The notes under the pieces: model-generated | What the model saw: the letters and a program-made list of their open reading frames with translations, nothing else | What the model was told of the DNA's origin: nothing | The model's database searches: none | Part shown: positions 17,896 to 28,493 of the stretch, one piece after another | How positions within the stretch are numbered: position 1 is the stretch's first letter | How the letters are laid out: the number at the start of each line of letters is the position of its first letter | Position numbers and translations under genes: made by a program | Origin: Candidatus Uhrbacteria bacterium RIFOXYC2_FULL_47_19 | GTDB lineage: Bacteria > Patescibacteriota > Patescibacteriia > SG8-24 | Length of the DNA stretch: 64,000 nt | NCBI GenBank assembly: GCA_001791745.1 | Contig: MGFG01000032.1 | Location: 3,775-67,774 of the forward strand | Reading direction: 5' to 3'

Positions 17896-19035
17896 TTAGC
17901 GTACAACAATGCGCGGCAGCATAGGGTTAATTCTAGTTACTGCTTCGTAGTTTACTGTACCTATACGTTCGGCGAATTCTTCTGCTGAAATTTCTTCTCT
18001 CCCTTGTCGACCAATGATCACTACTTCATCCTCCTCGTAGACACGATGTATGTCGGTCACGTCAACAATTGTCATATTCATACAAACTCTTCCTAGAACT
18101 TTGGCTCTAGATCCATTTATTAAAACATTACCAACCGATGATTGGCCACGATCAAAACCATCCCAATAACCGACAGGGATGATTGCGACAATCGAGTCAC
18201 GTCTAACTTTTTCTGTTAAGCCGTAGCTCACTGGGGTTCCGGATCGGATTTTTTTTACTTGAGCCACTATGGTTTTCCAAGTTAATGCCGGTTTGAGTTG
18301 GATATTGATTCCCCGGTCTACTGCTGCACCCTTCGTGATCTTGGATGACCAAAGGCCGTAAAGTGAGATTCCAGTTCTAATTAGATCAAATTGGGTTTCC
18401 GGATAAATTATAGCTGCTGCGCTGCAGGCAGTATGGAGGAAGGGAGGTTTTTTACCTAGTCTTTCAACAATTTTGACTGCTTCTTTAAAGCGTTTGAGTT
18501 GAAGGAAGGCATAGGCTGGGTCGGCTGTGTCTTCAATATTGGCAAAATGGGTCGATAAACCCTCAACTATTAAATTAGGGCGTCGATAAATGTAGCGCAA
18601 AAATGTTGGCAGTTCCTTAGTTTCTATTCCTTGTCGTGAGGTACCGGTTTCTAGTTTTATGTGCACCTTAGCTGGTCGACTTTTAGTAGCGTGTCGACTT
18701 AGTAGGTCGATTGTTGGACGACTGTAGACTACTTGACTGAACCCTTGCTTAACTACAGATTTCAATAATTGATACGGAACATAGCCCAGGATCAGAGTTG
18801 GTTTTTTTGACTTCGCCTCTCTAACTATTTCTGCTTCCTCTAAAGAATCCACACCAAACCAGTCTGCTTGTCGATTAACAGCTTTTACTGTCTGGCGGAT
18901 TCCGTGACCGTAGGCGTTTGACTTGACTACAGCCATGAACGCTGAATCTCCCGCCAGGCGTTTTAACTCATTAGCGTTTGAGACCAGAGCTGAGGATGAA
19001 ACATCCACCCAGCTTTTTGCTGTTCCATTTTTCAT
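17896..19035 (-). CDS. alr: Alanine racemase.
   Basis: PLP-lysine motif AVVKSNAYGHG and a C-terminal beta domain. Confidence 0.85.
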   Translation of the reverse strand: MKNGTAKSWVDVSSSALVSNANELKRLAGDSAFMAVVKSNAYGHGIRQTVKAVNRQADWFGVDSLEEAEIVREAKSKKPTLILGYVPYQLLKSVVKQGFSQVVYSRPTIDLLSRHATKSRPAKVHIKLETGTSRQGIETKELPTFLRYIYRRPNLIVEGLSTHFANIEDTADPAYAFLQLKRFKEAVKIVERLGKKPPFLHTACSAAAIIYPETQFDLIRTGISLYGLWSSKITKGAAVDRGINIQLKPALTWKTIVAQVKKIRSGTPVSYGLTEKVRRDSIVAIIPVGYWDGFDRGQSSVGNVLINGSRAKVLGRVCMNMTIVDVTDIHRVYEEDEVVIIGRQGREEISAEEFAERIGTVNYEAVTRINPMLPRIVVR

Positions 19036-19039
19036 GGGT

Positions 19040-20353
19040 TTATTGGCCGATACTTTCTTGACCTCCCATAAGTGGAATTAGGATCTTTGGAATTGCTATC
19101 TTTCCGTTGGATTGCTGATTATTCTCCATTATTGCTACCAATATTCGACCCATAGCTAAGGCTGTAGCATCATTCATGTGTACGTATTGAACACTACCGT
19201 CATTTCTTTTTACTCGCGTAGATAATCGTCTAGCTTGGTAATCAGTCATAAGGTCGGCTGAGTGTGTCTCACGATACTTTTCCTGTCCCGGCATCCAGCA
19301 CTCCATGTCTATTTGTCGTGCATCAGGTTTACCCATGTCTCCAGTACAGACATTCATAACTCGATATGGAATCTCTAGGTCACGTAGGAAGTATTCTTGA
19401 ATGGCTACCAATAAATCCTGTTCTTTTCGTGATTGCTCTGGTAGACAGAAAGTTTCCATTTCAATTTTATCGAACTGGTGCTGACGGATGATACCGCGAG
19501 TATCCTTGCCATAGGAACCGGCTTCTCGTCGGAAGGCTGCAGTGTAGGCCACATAACGAAGAGGTAGATCAGCTTCTTTGAGCAGCTGATCCATGTGTAG
19601 TGGCCCCAGAGTATGTTCAGCACTGCCGATTAAGTAAAGATCATCAGATTCAATGTGATAGCGTTCGTCACGTGGTTCTAGACGATCCATACGTCCAAAA
19701 GCCTCAGGGCGGATCATGAGTGGTGGTACAACCGGTATAAATGGCGTATCTGGTAAATCAAGACCTGTCTCAGTAATAATTCGACCGATCTCCTTTCGGC
19801 TAGTGAGGAGGTTCAGTGCATACTGCAATAGAGCAAACTGCATTCTGGCCAAGTCACCCATAATGTAGGCAAAGCGACTACCAGTGACTTCAGCTGCCCG
19901 TTGGGAATTTAGTAGTCCTAAAGTTTCGCCAAGTTCAGTATGATCCTTGATTTCGAAGTCGAATTTTTTTGGTTCACCCCAAGATCGCAATATTTCATTG
20001 CCGGATTCGTCCGCACCAACTGGTACATCTTCCAGTGGAACATTAGGTAAATCTAGAAGTAGTGCGTTAAATTCTTGCTGGATAGGCTCCAATAATTCTT
20101 CGGCTTCTTTCAGTCCATCTTTAAGCTCACGCATCCTTTCGATTGCCGCTTGCTTTATCTTTGGATCAGACTCTTTGGCAATATCTTCGCTAGTACGGTT
20201 TTGCTCACTCCTTCGGCCCTCAATATCTGTTATTAGTTGCCGTCTTTTTTCGTCAAGAGTAAGCAGCTGGTCGAGGTCGACCTTAACATTCTTATTTTTG
20301 ATGGCCGCCCGAATTTTTGGCTGATTTTCTCTAATGTAGTTTATGTCTAACAT
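19040..20353 (-). CDS. serS: Seryl-tRNA synthetase.
   Basis: An N-terminal coiled-coil arm and class II motifs (FRREAGSYGKDTRGIIRQHQF, GSAEHTLG). Confidence 0.9.
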   Translation of the reverse strand: MLDINYIRENQPKIRAAIKNKNVKVDLDQLLTLDEKRRQLITDIEGRRSEQNRTSEDIAKESDPKIKQAAIERMRELKDGLKEAEELLEPIQQEFNALLLDLPNVPLEDVPVGADESGNEILRSWGEPKKFDFEIKDHTELGETLGLLNSQRAAEVTGSRFAYIMGDLARMQFALLQYALNLLTSRKEIGRIITETGLDLPDTPFIPVVPPLMIRPEAFGRMDRLEPRDERYHIESDDLYLIGSAEHTLGPLHMDQLLKEADLPLRYVAYTAAFRREAGSYGKDTRGIIRQHQFDKIEMETFCLPEQSRKEQDLLVAIQEYFLRDLEIPYRVMNVCTGDMGKPDARQIDMECWMPGQEKYRETHSADLMTDYQARRLSTRVKRNDGSVQYVHMNDATALAMGRILVAIMENNQQSNGKIAIPKILIPLMGGQESIGQ

Positions 20354-20480
20354 ATGGGGTGTTTTAGCTCGGTAAATACCCGAGTAATGATGCCATCTGC
20401 GGCACCGAGCCGCAAGAAATCGGTTTTTGGGATGAATGGTTTGTAAATTTGTAGTTTTTGCTTAGATGATACATTTAAGA

Positions 20481-20510
20481 AAAGAAAATCCCCCTTACGG
20501 GGGTTTACTT
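20481..20510 (-). terminator. Rho-independent terminator downstream of the nucleotidyltransferase gene.
   Basis: CCCCC-ttac-GGGGG, followed on the minus strand by TTTTCTTTT. Confidence 0.55.
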
Positions 20511-20620
20511 CGGATTTTTGGCAGTCCAAAGTCACCCCCGATTAGACTGAGGATGACGACGAGTTAAAGGTATTATTACTTTGATTATTCATGTTTTTAA
20601 TCTACCTTCGATGACTTAGA

Positions 20621-21079
20621 CTAGTCAAGTAATCGTCGTCTAAGAATCGAACTAGAGAGTTCTTTACCATTACGCCTTGGTAGTTTGATGATTTTAGGTG
20701 TTTGAGGCAATGCGCTTATCTGTTGTTGTATCTCTGGCCGATCGGTGGATTGATCAAAACCTAGGCAGATGATGTTTGGTTGGTAACGGGTAATAATGGA
20801 CCATTCTCCTGGTGCATCTCCAGGTACAGCTTCATCAACCGATTTGAGAGCGCGAATTAGTTCTAGTCTTTCCTCTAGCGAGAGTACCGGTCGTCGGCCC
20901 TTCGAGTTTTCGGCTCGGTCATCGCGGCAGACAACCACGACTAGGTGGTCACCATATCTCCTAGCCTGTTCGAGAAAGAAGATGTGACCGGGATGTAGTA
21001 AATCAAAAACACCGAACACCAAAACAGTTTTTAGCCGTTCGACATTCGATGTTTTTGGATGAAGGTTTACTGGGGTCAT
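20621..21079 (-). CDS. Cytidylyltransferase-like (HxGH) nucleotidyltransferase, TagD/RibL-like.
   Basis: Motif VFGVFDLLHPGHIFFLEQAR. Size 152 aa. Confidence 0.6.
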   Translation of the reverse strand: MTPVNLHPKTSNVERLKTVLVFGVFDLLHPGHIFFLEQARRYGDHLVVVVCRDDRAENSKGRRPVLSLEERLELIRALKSVDEAVPGDAPGEWSIITRYQPNIICLGFDQSTDRPEIQQQISALPQTPKIIKLPRRNGKELSSSILRRRLLD

Positions 21080-21111
21080 GGTAGCTGTGGATCGTCTCTG
21101 GCTTTTTAAGA

Positions 21112-22623
21112 CTAGGACGACTCCCCTCCTCCAGATTTTTCATCTTGGTCATCTTCTGGGCGCATGGTTGGGAACAGTATTACCTCCTTGAGACTATGTG
21201 AGCCGGTTAGAATAGCGGCTAGACGGTCGATACCCATACCAAAACCGGCCGTTGGTGGCAATCCCGTTTCCAGTGCTTCAATGAAGTCTTCGTCCATTCG
21301 TTGAGCTTCATCATTACCGTCCTTGCGGAGGTTTTCTTCTTCAAGAAAACGATTCCTTTGATCTATCGGGTCATTGAGCTCCGAATAAGCATTGCAAAGT
21401 TCGCTACCGCGCCCTAACACCAGGTGAAAGCGTTCAGTATATCGTTCGTCTGAGGATAGTTTTTTGGCCAATGGAGACAGTTCGATCGGATCGTTGATGA
21501 CGAACGTTGGATTAACAATATGGGGTCGGACAAACTTTTTATAAATGTTGTCCATTATATCTCCACGACCATGCGAGCTCTCGACTTTAACCCCAGCTTC
21601 TTCCGCTGCCTTAGCTAATGAAGCGCGATCCGTGAAAATCTGAATGTCTGGACCACCACGTTCCACGATGGCCTCTCTGAAGCTAATCCGTGGGTAAGGT
21701 GGAGTGAAGTCAATCGTTTCGTCGTCAAACTCGACTTGCAGCGATCCATTAACTTCTTGGGCTATTTTTGGCATCAGCCTTTCAGTTAGGTCCATCAGGT
21801 CGTTGTAGTCGGCGTAGGCCTGGTAAAACTCGACCTGGGTAAACTCCGGGTTATGCAGGTGATCAATGCCCTCATTACGAAAGCAACGGGCGATTTCGAA
21901 GACTTTCTCCATTCCACCGACAACCAATCGTTTTAGATAGAGTTCTGGCGCTACACGGAGGAATAGATCAATATCTAGGGCATTGTGGTGGGTGACAAAT
22001 GGACGGGCTGTAGCTCCACCGGCCAGTGGTTGCAAGATTGGCGTTTCAACCTCAATGAAACCCTCAGACTGAAAGAAGTCCCGAATCGTTTTGACTATCA
22101 GACTACGCTTCAGGAAGTTATTTTTTACTTCTGGATTGGATATCAAGTCAAGATATCTTTTTCGATAGCGGATTTCGGTGTCAGTTAGACCGTGCCATTT
22201 ATCAGGCAATGGTCTTAGTGATTTACTAAGCATTACCACCTCTTGACTCTCAATACTTTTTTCTCCACGGCGAGTCGTAAACACTTTGCCAGTCACTTGA
22301 GCAAAGTCACCCAAGTCGAAGTCACTCTCAAAGAGGTCGTAGGCTGAAGCTCCGACTACATCTTGACGTAGATGTATCTGAATTCTGCCCGAACTATCCT
22401 CTAGATCGAAGAAACTAGCTCCTCCATGTCCTCGTTTAGCTCTGATCCTGCCAGCTACGGTCAGCCTTTCACTTGATTTTTCTAATAATTCGAAGTCAGC
22501 TAGAACCTTACTAATCAAATGTGTTCGTTGTGATCCAGATGGATATGGATCGACGCCATTTTCGATTAGATGATGCAGTTTTTCTAATCGGACGACCGAT
22601 TCGTCGTTGGGCAAACTCGTCAT
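21112..22623 (-). CDS. lysS: Lysyl-tRNA synthetase (class II).
   Basis: An N-terminal OB anticodon-binding domain and a class II catalytic core (motifs 2 and 3: FRNEGID..., GMGIDRL). Confidence 0.9.
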   Translation of the reverse strand: MTSLPNDESVVRLEKLHHLIENGVDPYPSGSQRTHLISKVLADFELLEKSSERLTVAGRIRAKRGHGGASFFDLEDSSGRIQIHLRQDVVGASAYDLFESDFDLGDFAQVTGKVFTTRRGEKSIESQEVVMLSKSLRPLPDKWHGLTDTEIRYRKRYLDLISNPEVKNNFLKRSLIVKTIRDFFQSEGFIEVETPILQPLAGGATARPFVTHHNALDIDLFLRVAPELYLKRLVVGGMEKVFEIARCFRNEGIDHLHNPEFTQVEFYQAYADYNDLMDLTERLMPKIAQEVNGSLQVEFDDETIDFTPPYPRISFREAIVERGGPDIQIFTDRASLAKAAEEAGVKVESSHGRGDIMDNIYKKFVRPHIVNPTFVINDPIELSPLAKKLSSDERYTERFHLVLGRGSELCNAYSELNDPIDQRNRFLEEENLRKDGNDEAQRMDEDFIEALETGLPPTAGFGMGIDRLAAILTGSHSLKEVILFPTMRPEDDQDEKSGGGESS

Positions 22624-22634
22624 ATGCTTGTTGG

Positions 22635-23096
22635 TCAGCTGATTTCAATGACAGTATAAGTCAGTTCGCCGGCAGGTACTTTTACAGTGACATTATCGCC
22701 GACTTTTTTGCCGATTAATTCTTGTCCTAATGGTGATTCATTAGAGATGATACCACGACTTGGTTCTGCCTCAGTGGCACCTACTATTATGATTGATTTT
22801 TCTTTGCTGTTGCTACTAAGTTTAACACTGGAGCCGATACCAATCGTTGTACTGTCACCTTTTTCTACGATTTGGGAACGTGCAATCTGATCTTCAATAC
22901 GACGAATGCGTCCCATAACCATGCTCATTTCATCCCTAGCATCGTGATACTCAAAGTTTTCTTTTAGGTCACCCATTTCTTTGGCTCGACCGATACGTTC
23001 GGATAACTCCTTTTGTTTGGTGCTTTTTAGAAACTCAAGCTCTTTTTTTAGCTTAAGTAGTCCTTCTTTAGAAATGAAGACCGTCTGGTTCTGCAT
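22635..23096 (-). CDS. greA: Transcription elongation factor GreA.
   Basis: An N-terminal coiled coil carrying the acidic tip ([11 protein letters not shown]), and a C-terminal FKBP-like domain. Confidence 0.85.
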   Translation of the reverse strand: MQNQTVFISKEGLLKLKKELEFLKSTKQKELSERIGRAKEMGDLKENFEYHDARDEMSMVMGRIRRIEDQIARSQIVEKGDSTTIGIGSSVKLSSNSKEKSIIIVGATEAEPSRGIISNESPLGQELIGKKVGDNVTVKVPAGELTYTVIEIS

Positions 23097-23187
23097 AGTT
23101 ATCTTGCCTTAACTTTGGTCGCGAACAACATTGAGAATACGGTTGGTTGGCTGGGGTGTCAAGCCTTAAAAACTACACGAAAAGGGT

Positions 23188-25155
23188 TTATTCTTGTCTT
23201 CCAGCAAAAAAGCTCTCAAGAATCTTGCGGGCTACAGGTACTGCTGTACGTGATCCTTCTCCACCTTCTTCGATCATAACAGTGACTACAACCTCTGGTT
23301 GATCATAGGGTGCGAAGGCAGTAAACCAAGCATGATTATCGTGTTGACTACTCCATTGGGCGGTTCCTGTTTTTCCTGCAGCTGACACAGGTAGAAGCGA
23401 AAGTCCGCGGGAACTACCATAAAGAACAGAGTCACGCATTCCCTGACGTACTGCTGCGATGTGCTCTGATGGGACAACTTGACGAGCAATAGGTTCAGGT
23501 GTGAGATTTTGGCGTTGACCATCTCCAGAAATTAGAGCGCGGACAACATGAGGATGTACTAGGTCACCACCATTAGCAAACGTTGCAGTCATAACTGCTA
23601 CTTGCAGTGGTGTAACTAGTAAGTCACCCTGTCCGATTGAAAGATGATAGGTGTCACCAATGAACCATTGTTCGCCTTTCGTCTCTAACTTCCACTCTTC
23701 TGAAGGAAGAAAGCCAGCTCCCTCACTCGGAAGATCGATACCGGTCTTAGATCCAAACCCAAAAAGTCTTGCATATTTTGTTATGCGTTCTGGACCCAGT
23801 CCTTCACCTCCTTCGTATCCACCGCCAATGATGTAGAAGTAAGTATTGACTGACTCAGAGAGTGCTTTGGCTAAGTTGGTTGATCCGTGTCCACCAGCTT
23901 TCCAGTCAGGAAAGAACCATTGTCCGACATAAAAGCCACCAACTGAAAGGAAAGTTGTTTGAGGTGTAACGATCTTTTCGGTTAATGCTGCCGCTGCTAG
24001 TACTGGTTTGAAGACCGAGCCGGAAGGTAGAGAAGCTCCGATTGCTCGCGAGAAAAGTGGTGCGTCTATGTCTTCTGACAATACTGCGTAATCCTCACTC
24101 GAAATTCCACTAGCAAATTGATTATTATCATAAGCTGGCCAGCTCACAAGTGCTAACATCTCACCATTATGTGGGCGCATGATGACAACACTTCCTCGAT
24201 TTAAGCCAGCCGTCTCTAACTCCTGTTGTAATGCATTCTGCGCTGCTTGTTGTAGTTCGGTATCGATAGTTAGGATTAAATTTTGTCCAGCAGAACCTGG
24301 CTCTTCGGCAATCGTCGTTTTACGATGACCTAGTGCGTCGACCTCGACCCGTCTTCGACCGTACTTACCTCGTAACTCAGTCTCGTAACTACGTTCTAAT
24401 CCAGTCCGTCCTATCCGATCAGTGGGGAGAAAGTCACCCGATTCAACATCTTCAGCTGTGACTCCACTCTCGAAACCAATAATGTGCGACATTGATGAGA
24501 TTTCTGTTGCTTGTGGATATTCACGCTTGGTTCCACGTAACAATTGTACCCCCATCCAGCGCGAGGACATGATTTCAACTAGAATGGCTTGTTCATGGTT
24601 GATATCTTCAGCTATTGGTACAGCAACCGAATCTAAACTATTAGCATAAATCAGTTTTTCCTCGATATCGCGTGGTGTCAATTCAACTATTTCAGCAAGT
24701 CGTCCGAGCACCAAACGTCTATCTGCTTCGTTCGTTGGGAGGTCAGAGGGAATTACCGTTGCTGTAAATTTGGGCATGTTCTGAACTAAAATTAAGTCAT
24801 TACGGTCAAAAACAACCCCTCTTTCAGCTGGTATTCGTTCAATACGACTACGGTTTCCTTCAGCTAACGCAGCAAATTGCGCTCGTTTTATGATTTGTAT
24901 TTGTCCACATCTGATCAATACTACAATTAGACCGACCAACAGAATCAACCAAATTGGTAGTAATTTGTCCGTCCCTACTGAAGTACCAATACGTCTATTC
25001 TTCTCATTTTCTGGAGCACTTCGTCCTCCCCAGTCAGCCAAAGTATCGTCAACAAAAATTAATCCTTCATCAGTAATCACTGATCCGATTTTTTCATTAA
25101 GACTTATCGGAAATGCAGAGATGTCATCCGGAATACTGTTTTCATCTAACTTCAT
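23188..25155 (-). CDS. mrdA: Penicillin-binding protein 2 (class B transpeptidase).
   Basis: SxxK (SGSVFK), SxN (SESVN) and KTG (KTGTA) motifs. An N-terminal TM. Located downstream of mreBCD. Confidence 0.85.
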   Translation of the reverse strand: MKLDENSIPDDISAFPISLNEKIGSVITDEGLIFVDDTLADWGGRSAPENEKNRRIGTSVGTDKLLPIWLILLVGLIVVLIRCGQIQIIKRAQFAALAEGNRSRIERIPAERGVVFDRNDLILVQNMPKFTATVIPSDLPTNEADRRLVLGRLAEIVELTPRDIEEKLIYANSLDSVAVPIAEDINHEQAILVEIMSSRWMGVQLLRGTKREYPQATEISSMSHIIGFESGVTAEDVESGDFLPTDRIGRTGLERSYETELRGKYGRRRVEVDALGHRKTTIAEEPGSAGQNLILTIDTELQQAAQNALQQELETAGLNRGSVVIMRPHNGEMLALVSWPAYDNNQFASGISSEDYAVLSEDIDAPLFSRAIGASLPSGSVFKPVLAAAALTEKIVTPQTTFLSVGGFYVGQWFFPDWKAGGHGSTNLAKALSESVNTYFYIIGGGYEGGEGLGPERITKYARLFGFGSKTGIDLPSEGAGFLPSEEWKLETKGEQWFIGDTYHLSIGQGDLLVTPLQVAVMTATFANGGDLVHPHVVRALISGDGQRQNLTPEPIARQVVPSEHIAAVRQGMRDSVLYGSSRGLSLLPVSAAGKTGTAQWSSQHDNHAWFTAFAPYDQPEVVVTVMIEEGGEGSRTAVPVARKILESFFAGRQE

Positions 25156-25694
25156 AGTCTGTCGAATTCAGAGGTGATCAGAACTAGTTTTCTGAGTTTG
25201 CTACCAGTTTTGGTTACCAACCATCTCATCATTAACACCACTCCGCATTGAATTGGTAAGGCCAGAGCGACATAACCTGCAGCTAGGACTGAAGCTGGAT
25301 GCAGGAATGGACCGCCAGAAATTGCTCTGGCTATTGCTTCGATTATAAATGTCATTGTATAAAAAAGAAGAAAAGACACTGCGTTTGTACCGACACTAGA
25401 AACGGCAGTCCGATGACTGACAAATCTTGTAACTAGGAACGACACAATTATCACAGTAAACAATAAGGCAAATGTATAGGTTCCTATCTGGCGAGAAATT
25501 AAAGAATCACCAACTAACCCAGCTACGATAGCTAAAAAAAAGGCCAATCGAAAACGGAAGGATAAGGTCAGACCAATGATTATTATTAATACTGGGTTTA
25601 TGATGGCTAATGACGTTGGTAATGAAGATAAGGTAGTCGCTTGGAACAGTGCCAGAACAAAAATTAAGACCGTAAACAACAGAGATTTTTTCAT
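25152..25694 (-). CDS. mreD: Rod shape-determining protein MreD.
   Basis: A 180-aa polytopic membrane protein overlapping the mreC stop, in the mreBCD-mrdA context. Confidence 0.6.
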   Translation of the reverse strand: MKKSLLFTVLIFVLALFQATTLSSLPTSLAIINPVLIIIIGLTLSFRFRLAFFLAIVAGLVGDSLISRQIGTYTFALLFTVIIVSFLVTRFVSHRTAVSSVGTNAVSFLLFYTMTFIIEAIARAISGGPFLHPASVLAAGYVALALPIQCGVVLMMRWLVTKTGSKLRKLVLITSEFDRL

Positions 25695-26533
25695 GGTCTT
25701 TCGTCTGATAGTGAATCCAACTTCTGATCTTCATCGATTGAGTTGGGAGTAACATCAGAAATCAAGGTTTGAACCAAAATTGGTCGGGCAGTGCTTTCGA
25801 AAGGTTTGACGATAGCTGTCTGGAAGGGTTCTTGACTATCCTTTTGGACTCTTTCGACAGTGCCAACGATTAGGCCAGCCCTGATTCCTGGCTCTAATCC
25901 AGAGGTTACAACAATATCTCCTGGTGCGATTCGTTCAGCCTGAGGTATTAGAGTTATGGCTAGGCTTATACCACGATCACCCTCTAATACACCCAAGGTA
26001 CCAGAGCCTCCTTGGACAGCTACTGCTAGACGACTTAATGAGTCATTGAGAAATAAAACCGAAGCGGACTTCCGCCAAACATCCTGAATTTTGCCGACTA
26101 TAATTCCATCACCAATCAAAACTGGTTGACCTGGGGCCAGGCCAATGTCATGGCCGCCATCAATTATTAATCCAGAAAAGGTGGGGTCGACCGACTGAGA
26201 TAGCACTCTGGTCATGACCAGATGTCCAGACTCTCTATCTCTGAAGTCTAGTGCAGTTTTTAAAGCGGCGTTTTCTGATACTAGACTGCGCAGTCTAGAG
26301 TTTTCTAATTTTAAAGTTTCTATTTCTACGGCTATTTCATTACAGTTTCCATTATCATTAGCCTCTGGCTGAACTATAGATGAAATGCGATGCATTGGTG
26401 CAGCGATTCCATGTAGCAAAAAAACTCCAGCGTCGGATAGTGCGGATAAAACACCTAAGAGTTTGAGAGCTACGAGTATTGTAGCCATGATTACAGCTAC
26501 GGCCGCAACTCGTTGTATTTTTTCCGGTCGCAT
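25691..26533 (-). CDS. mreC: Rod shape-determining protein MreC.
   Basis: An N-terminal TM, a coiled coil (LENSRLRSLVSENAALKTAL) and the MreC beta domain. Confidence 0.75.
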   Translation of the reverse strand: MRPEKIQRVAAVAVIMATILVALKLLGVLSALSDAGVFLLHGIAAPMHRISSIVQPEANDNGNCNEIAVEIETLKLENSRLRSLVSENAALKTALDFRDRESGHLVMTRVLSQSVDPTFSGLIIDGGHDIGLAPGQPVLIGDGIIVGKIQDVWRKSASVLFLNDSLSRLAVAVQGGSGTLGVLEGDRGISLAITLIPQAERIAPGDIVVTSGLEPGIRAGLIVGTVERVQKDSQEPFQTAIVKPFESTARPILVQTLISDVTPNSIDEDQKLDSLSDERP

Positions 26534-26598
26534 TATTCTGCAGTTATCTTTATAGAGCGCAGTCGACCGATATTTTATTACAGAAGAATTGTAATCTG

Positions 26599-27669
26599 CT
26601 ATCTGAAGGCAGTGTAGGCCTCCTTCTGAGTTTCTTGAGACGAGGGCAATGCTACTGTTTGTAAAAGGTTTCTATCTTCGAGGAGCATGCCAGTACCTCG
26701 AACTACGCAAGTTAGTGGATCGTCGGTGATACGGACTGGGACTTCAGCCGCTCGTGAGATGACTGCATCCATCCCACGTAGCAGTGCTCCTCCACCAGTC
26801 ATAACGATTCCTCGTTCGTAAATATCTGCTACTAATTCAGGTGGTGTGCTCTCTAGAGCGATTTTTACACTGTCGACGATAGTCTTAACTGATCGGCTTA
26901 ATGCTTGTCGTATTTGAGAATCGTTGACAATAATTTCTTTAGGTAGACCAGTAATCATGTCACGACCACGCATTTCAATCTCTAATGGTTCTTCTGGTTC
27001 GGCAGCTGTACCAACACGGATTTTGATATCTTCAGCTACGCGTTCGCCTAGGAGTAGGTTAAAAGTCTCGCGTGCGTATTTGATAATGTTTCTAGTCATT
27101 TCGTCTCCAGCCACTCGTAACGACTTCCAAGTTACTACGCCACCAAGTGAGATTATTGCGATTTCCGTCATTCCACCACCAATGTCGACTATCATATTTC
27201 CGACGGGTTCGGTGATCGGTAGACGTGAACCAATCGCTGCCGCCATAGGTTCTTCGACCAGGTAAACTTCACGAGAGCCGGCGTTAAGAGCAGCGTCTTC
27301 AACAGCTTTTCGTTCTACTTCAGTTAGATCGAGTGGTACGCTAACCACAACTCGCGGACGTGGCATGAAGAAGAAACTGTCACGATGAACGCGTTCGATA
27401 AAAAATTTTAGCATTTTTTCGGTGACCTCGAAGTCAGAAATAATCCCTGACACCAGTGGTTTGACGGTGCTAATATGGGCTGGTGTCTTACCGATCATGT
27501 CTTTAGCATTCCGACCGACAGCTACAATCTGTCCGGTTCGGATGTTTAGGGCAACAACCGATGGTTCGTTGATCACAATCCCCTTGTCTCGGCAGTAGAC
27601 CAGAGTATTTGAAGTACCCAAATCAATGCCTAAATCCTTTGAAAATTTGCCCAGGTAGTTCTTGAACAT
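26599..27669 (-). CDS. mreB: Rod shape-determining protein MreB (actin homolog).
   Basis: DLGIDLGTSNTLVY phosphate-1 motif and a DIGGGMTEIA adenosine motif. Confidence 0.9.
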   Translation of the reverse strand: MFKNYLGKFSKDLGIDLGTSNTLVYCRDKGIVINEPSVVALNIRTGQIVAVGRNAKDMIGKTPAHISTVKPLVSGIISDFEVTEKMLKFFIERVHRDSFFFMPRPRVVVSVPLDLTEVERKAVEDAALNAGSREVYLVEEPMAAAIGSRLPITEPVGNMIVDIGGGMTEIAIISLGGVVTWKSLRVAGDEMTRNIIKYARETFNLLLGERVAEDIKIRVGTAAEPEEPLEIEMRGRDMITGLPKEIIVNDSQIRQALSRSVKTIVDSVKIALESTPPELVADIYERGIVMTGGGALLRGMDAVISRAAEVPVRITDDPLTCVVRGTGMLLEDRNLLQTVALPSSQETQKEAYTAFR

Positions 27670-27775
27670 CTTTGTTGTTCATCAATGATAGTGCCTTGCA
27701 AAGGCAGGCCCAGTATACACAGGGTGTTACCTTAGTACAATAACAAAAAGAGCGTTTTTGGACGCCCCTTAAATC

Positions 27776-28159
27776 CTAAGGTCGACCACTGGCTGAGATA
27801 AAGAAGGATTCAAGGGCGGTAGCCGCTCCTACGATGAGTAGCGCATTCCACCAAGTAAGGACGTCGTGACTCCGTAAAAAGAGAGCAAAGACCAAAATTA
27901 AGGCTAATATGAAGGCCTGGCGAAAAGAAACTGCCACTTGTCTTGAGAGTTGTTCTCGTTTTCCTAAGGTGGTCACCCTAGTGACAAATCCGATTAAAGA
28001 GAAGGTTCCAGTCAAAGCCAAAAGGAGACTGATATAGAAAATTGCAAAAACCGCTGGACGAGAGACAGTTGGGTCAATCATTGTGACCATTAATCCGACA
28101 GCACCCCAAGACAAGGCAGTGCCTACGGCCATCATGATTAGGTATTGGCGTAGGGTCAT
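27776..28159 (-). CDS. Small integral membrane protein (four predicted TM helices), function unknown.
   Basis: Hydrophobicity pattern only. Confidence 0.4.
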   Translation of the reverse strand: MTLRQYLIMMAVGTALSWGAVGLMVTMIDPTVSRPAVFAIFYISLLLALTGTFSLIGFVTRVTTLGKREQLSRQVAVSFRQAFILALILVFALFLRSHDVLTWWNALLIVGAATALESFFISASGRP

Positions 28160-28195
28160 AACTAACTCAACATGTGACTATCATACCACTGAGTT

Positions 28196-28489
28196 TCAAG
28201 TCACGGCCACTAGTTGCTTAACAACATCAGATTCTAGGTGGTGATTAATCTCCTCAATTAGTTCATTGGCGACTAGACGGATATCTTCGGCTAGTACTGA
28301 TGTGCCACAGACTAGCGTCACCTTTCCATCTTTAAAACGGCGAACAATCAACTGATCAGTTTTTGAACCAAACCTTTCTTTTATTACCAATAAGGTGGTA
28401 TTAGCCACGATGGCCGCTCGGACTTTACCAGCAGCACCAGCCCGTTGGAGTGAACCGCTCATCAAGTTATCCAGTTTTTCGAAAGGCAT
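28196..28489 (-). CDS. DciA (DUF721)-like protein. Shortened from the ORF-track call. The start MPFEKL lies 4 nt after the upstream stop.
   Basis: The C-terminal segment RRFKDGKVTLVCGTSVLAEDIRLVANELIEEIN matches the DUF721 pattern (G-T-L-x-V...S-x-W/L-A-x-E-L...N). Confidence 0.45.
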   Translation of the reverse strand: MPFEKLDNLMSGSLQRAGAAGKVRAAIVANTTLLVIKERFGSKTDQLIVRRFKDGKVTLVCGTSVLAEDIRLVANELIEEINHHLESDVVKQLVAVT

Positions 28490-28493
28490 GGAC

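Noticed and set aside
20354-20480. Possible T-box riboswitch in the serS leader.
   Set aside because: No T-box consensus (AAnnnGGGTGGnACCGCG) and no specifier-loop architecture was found.
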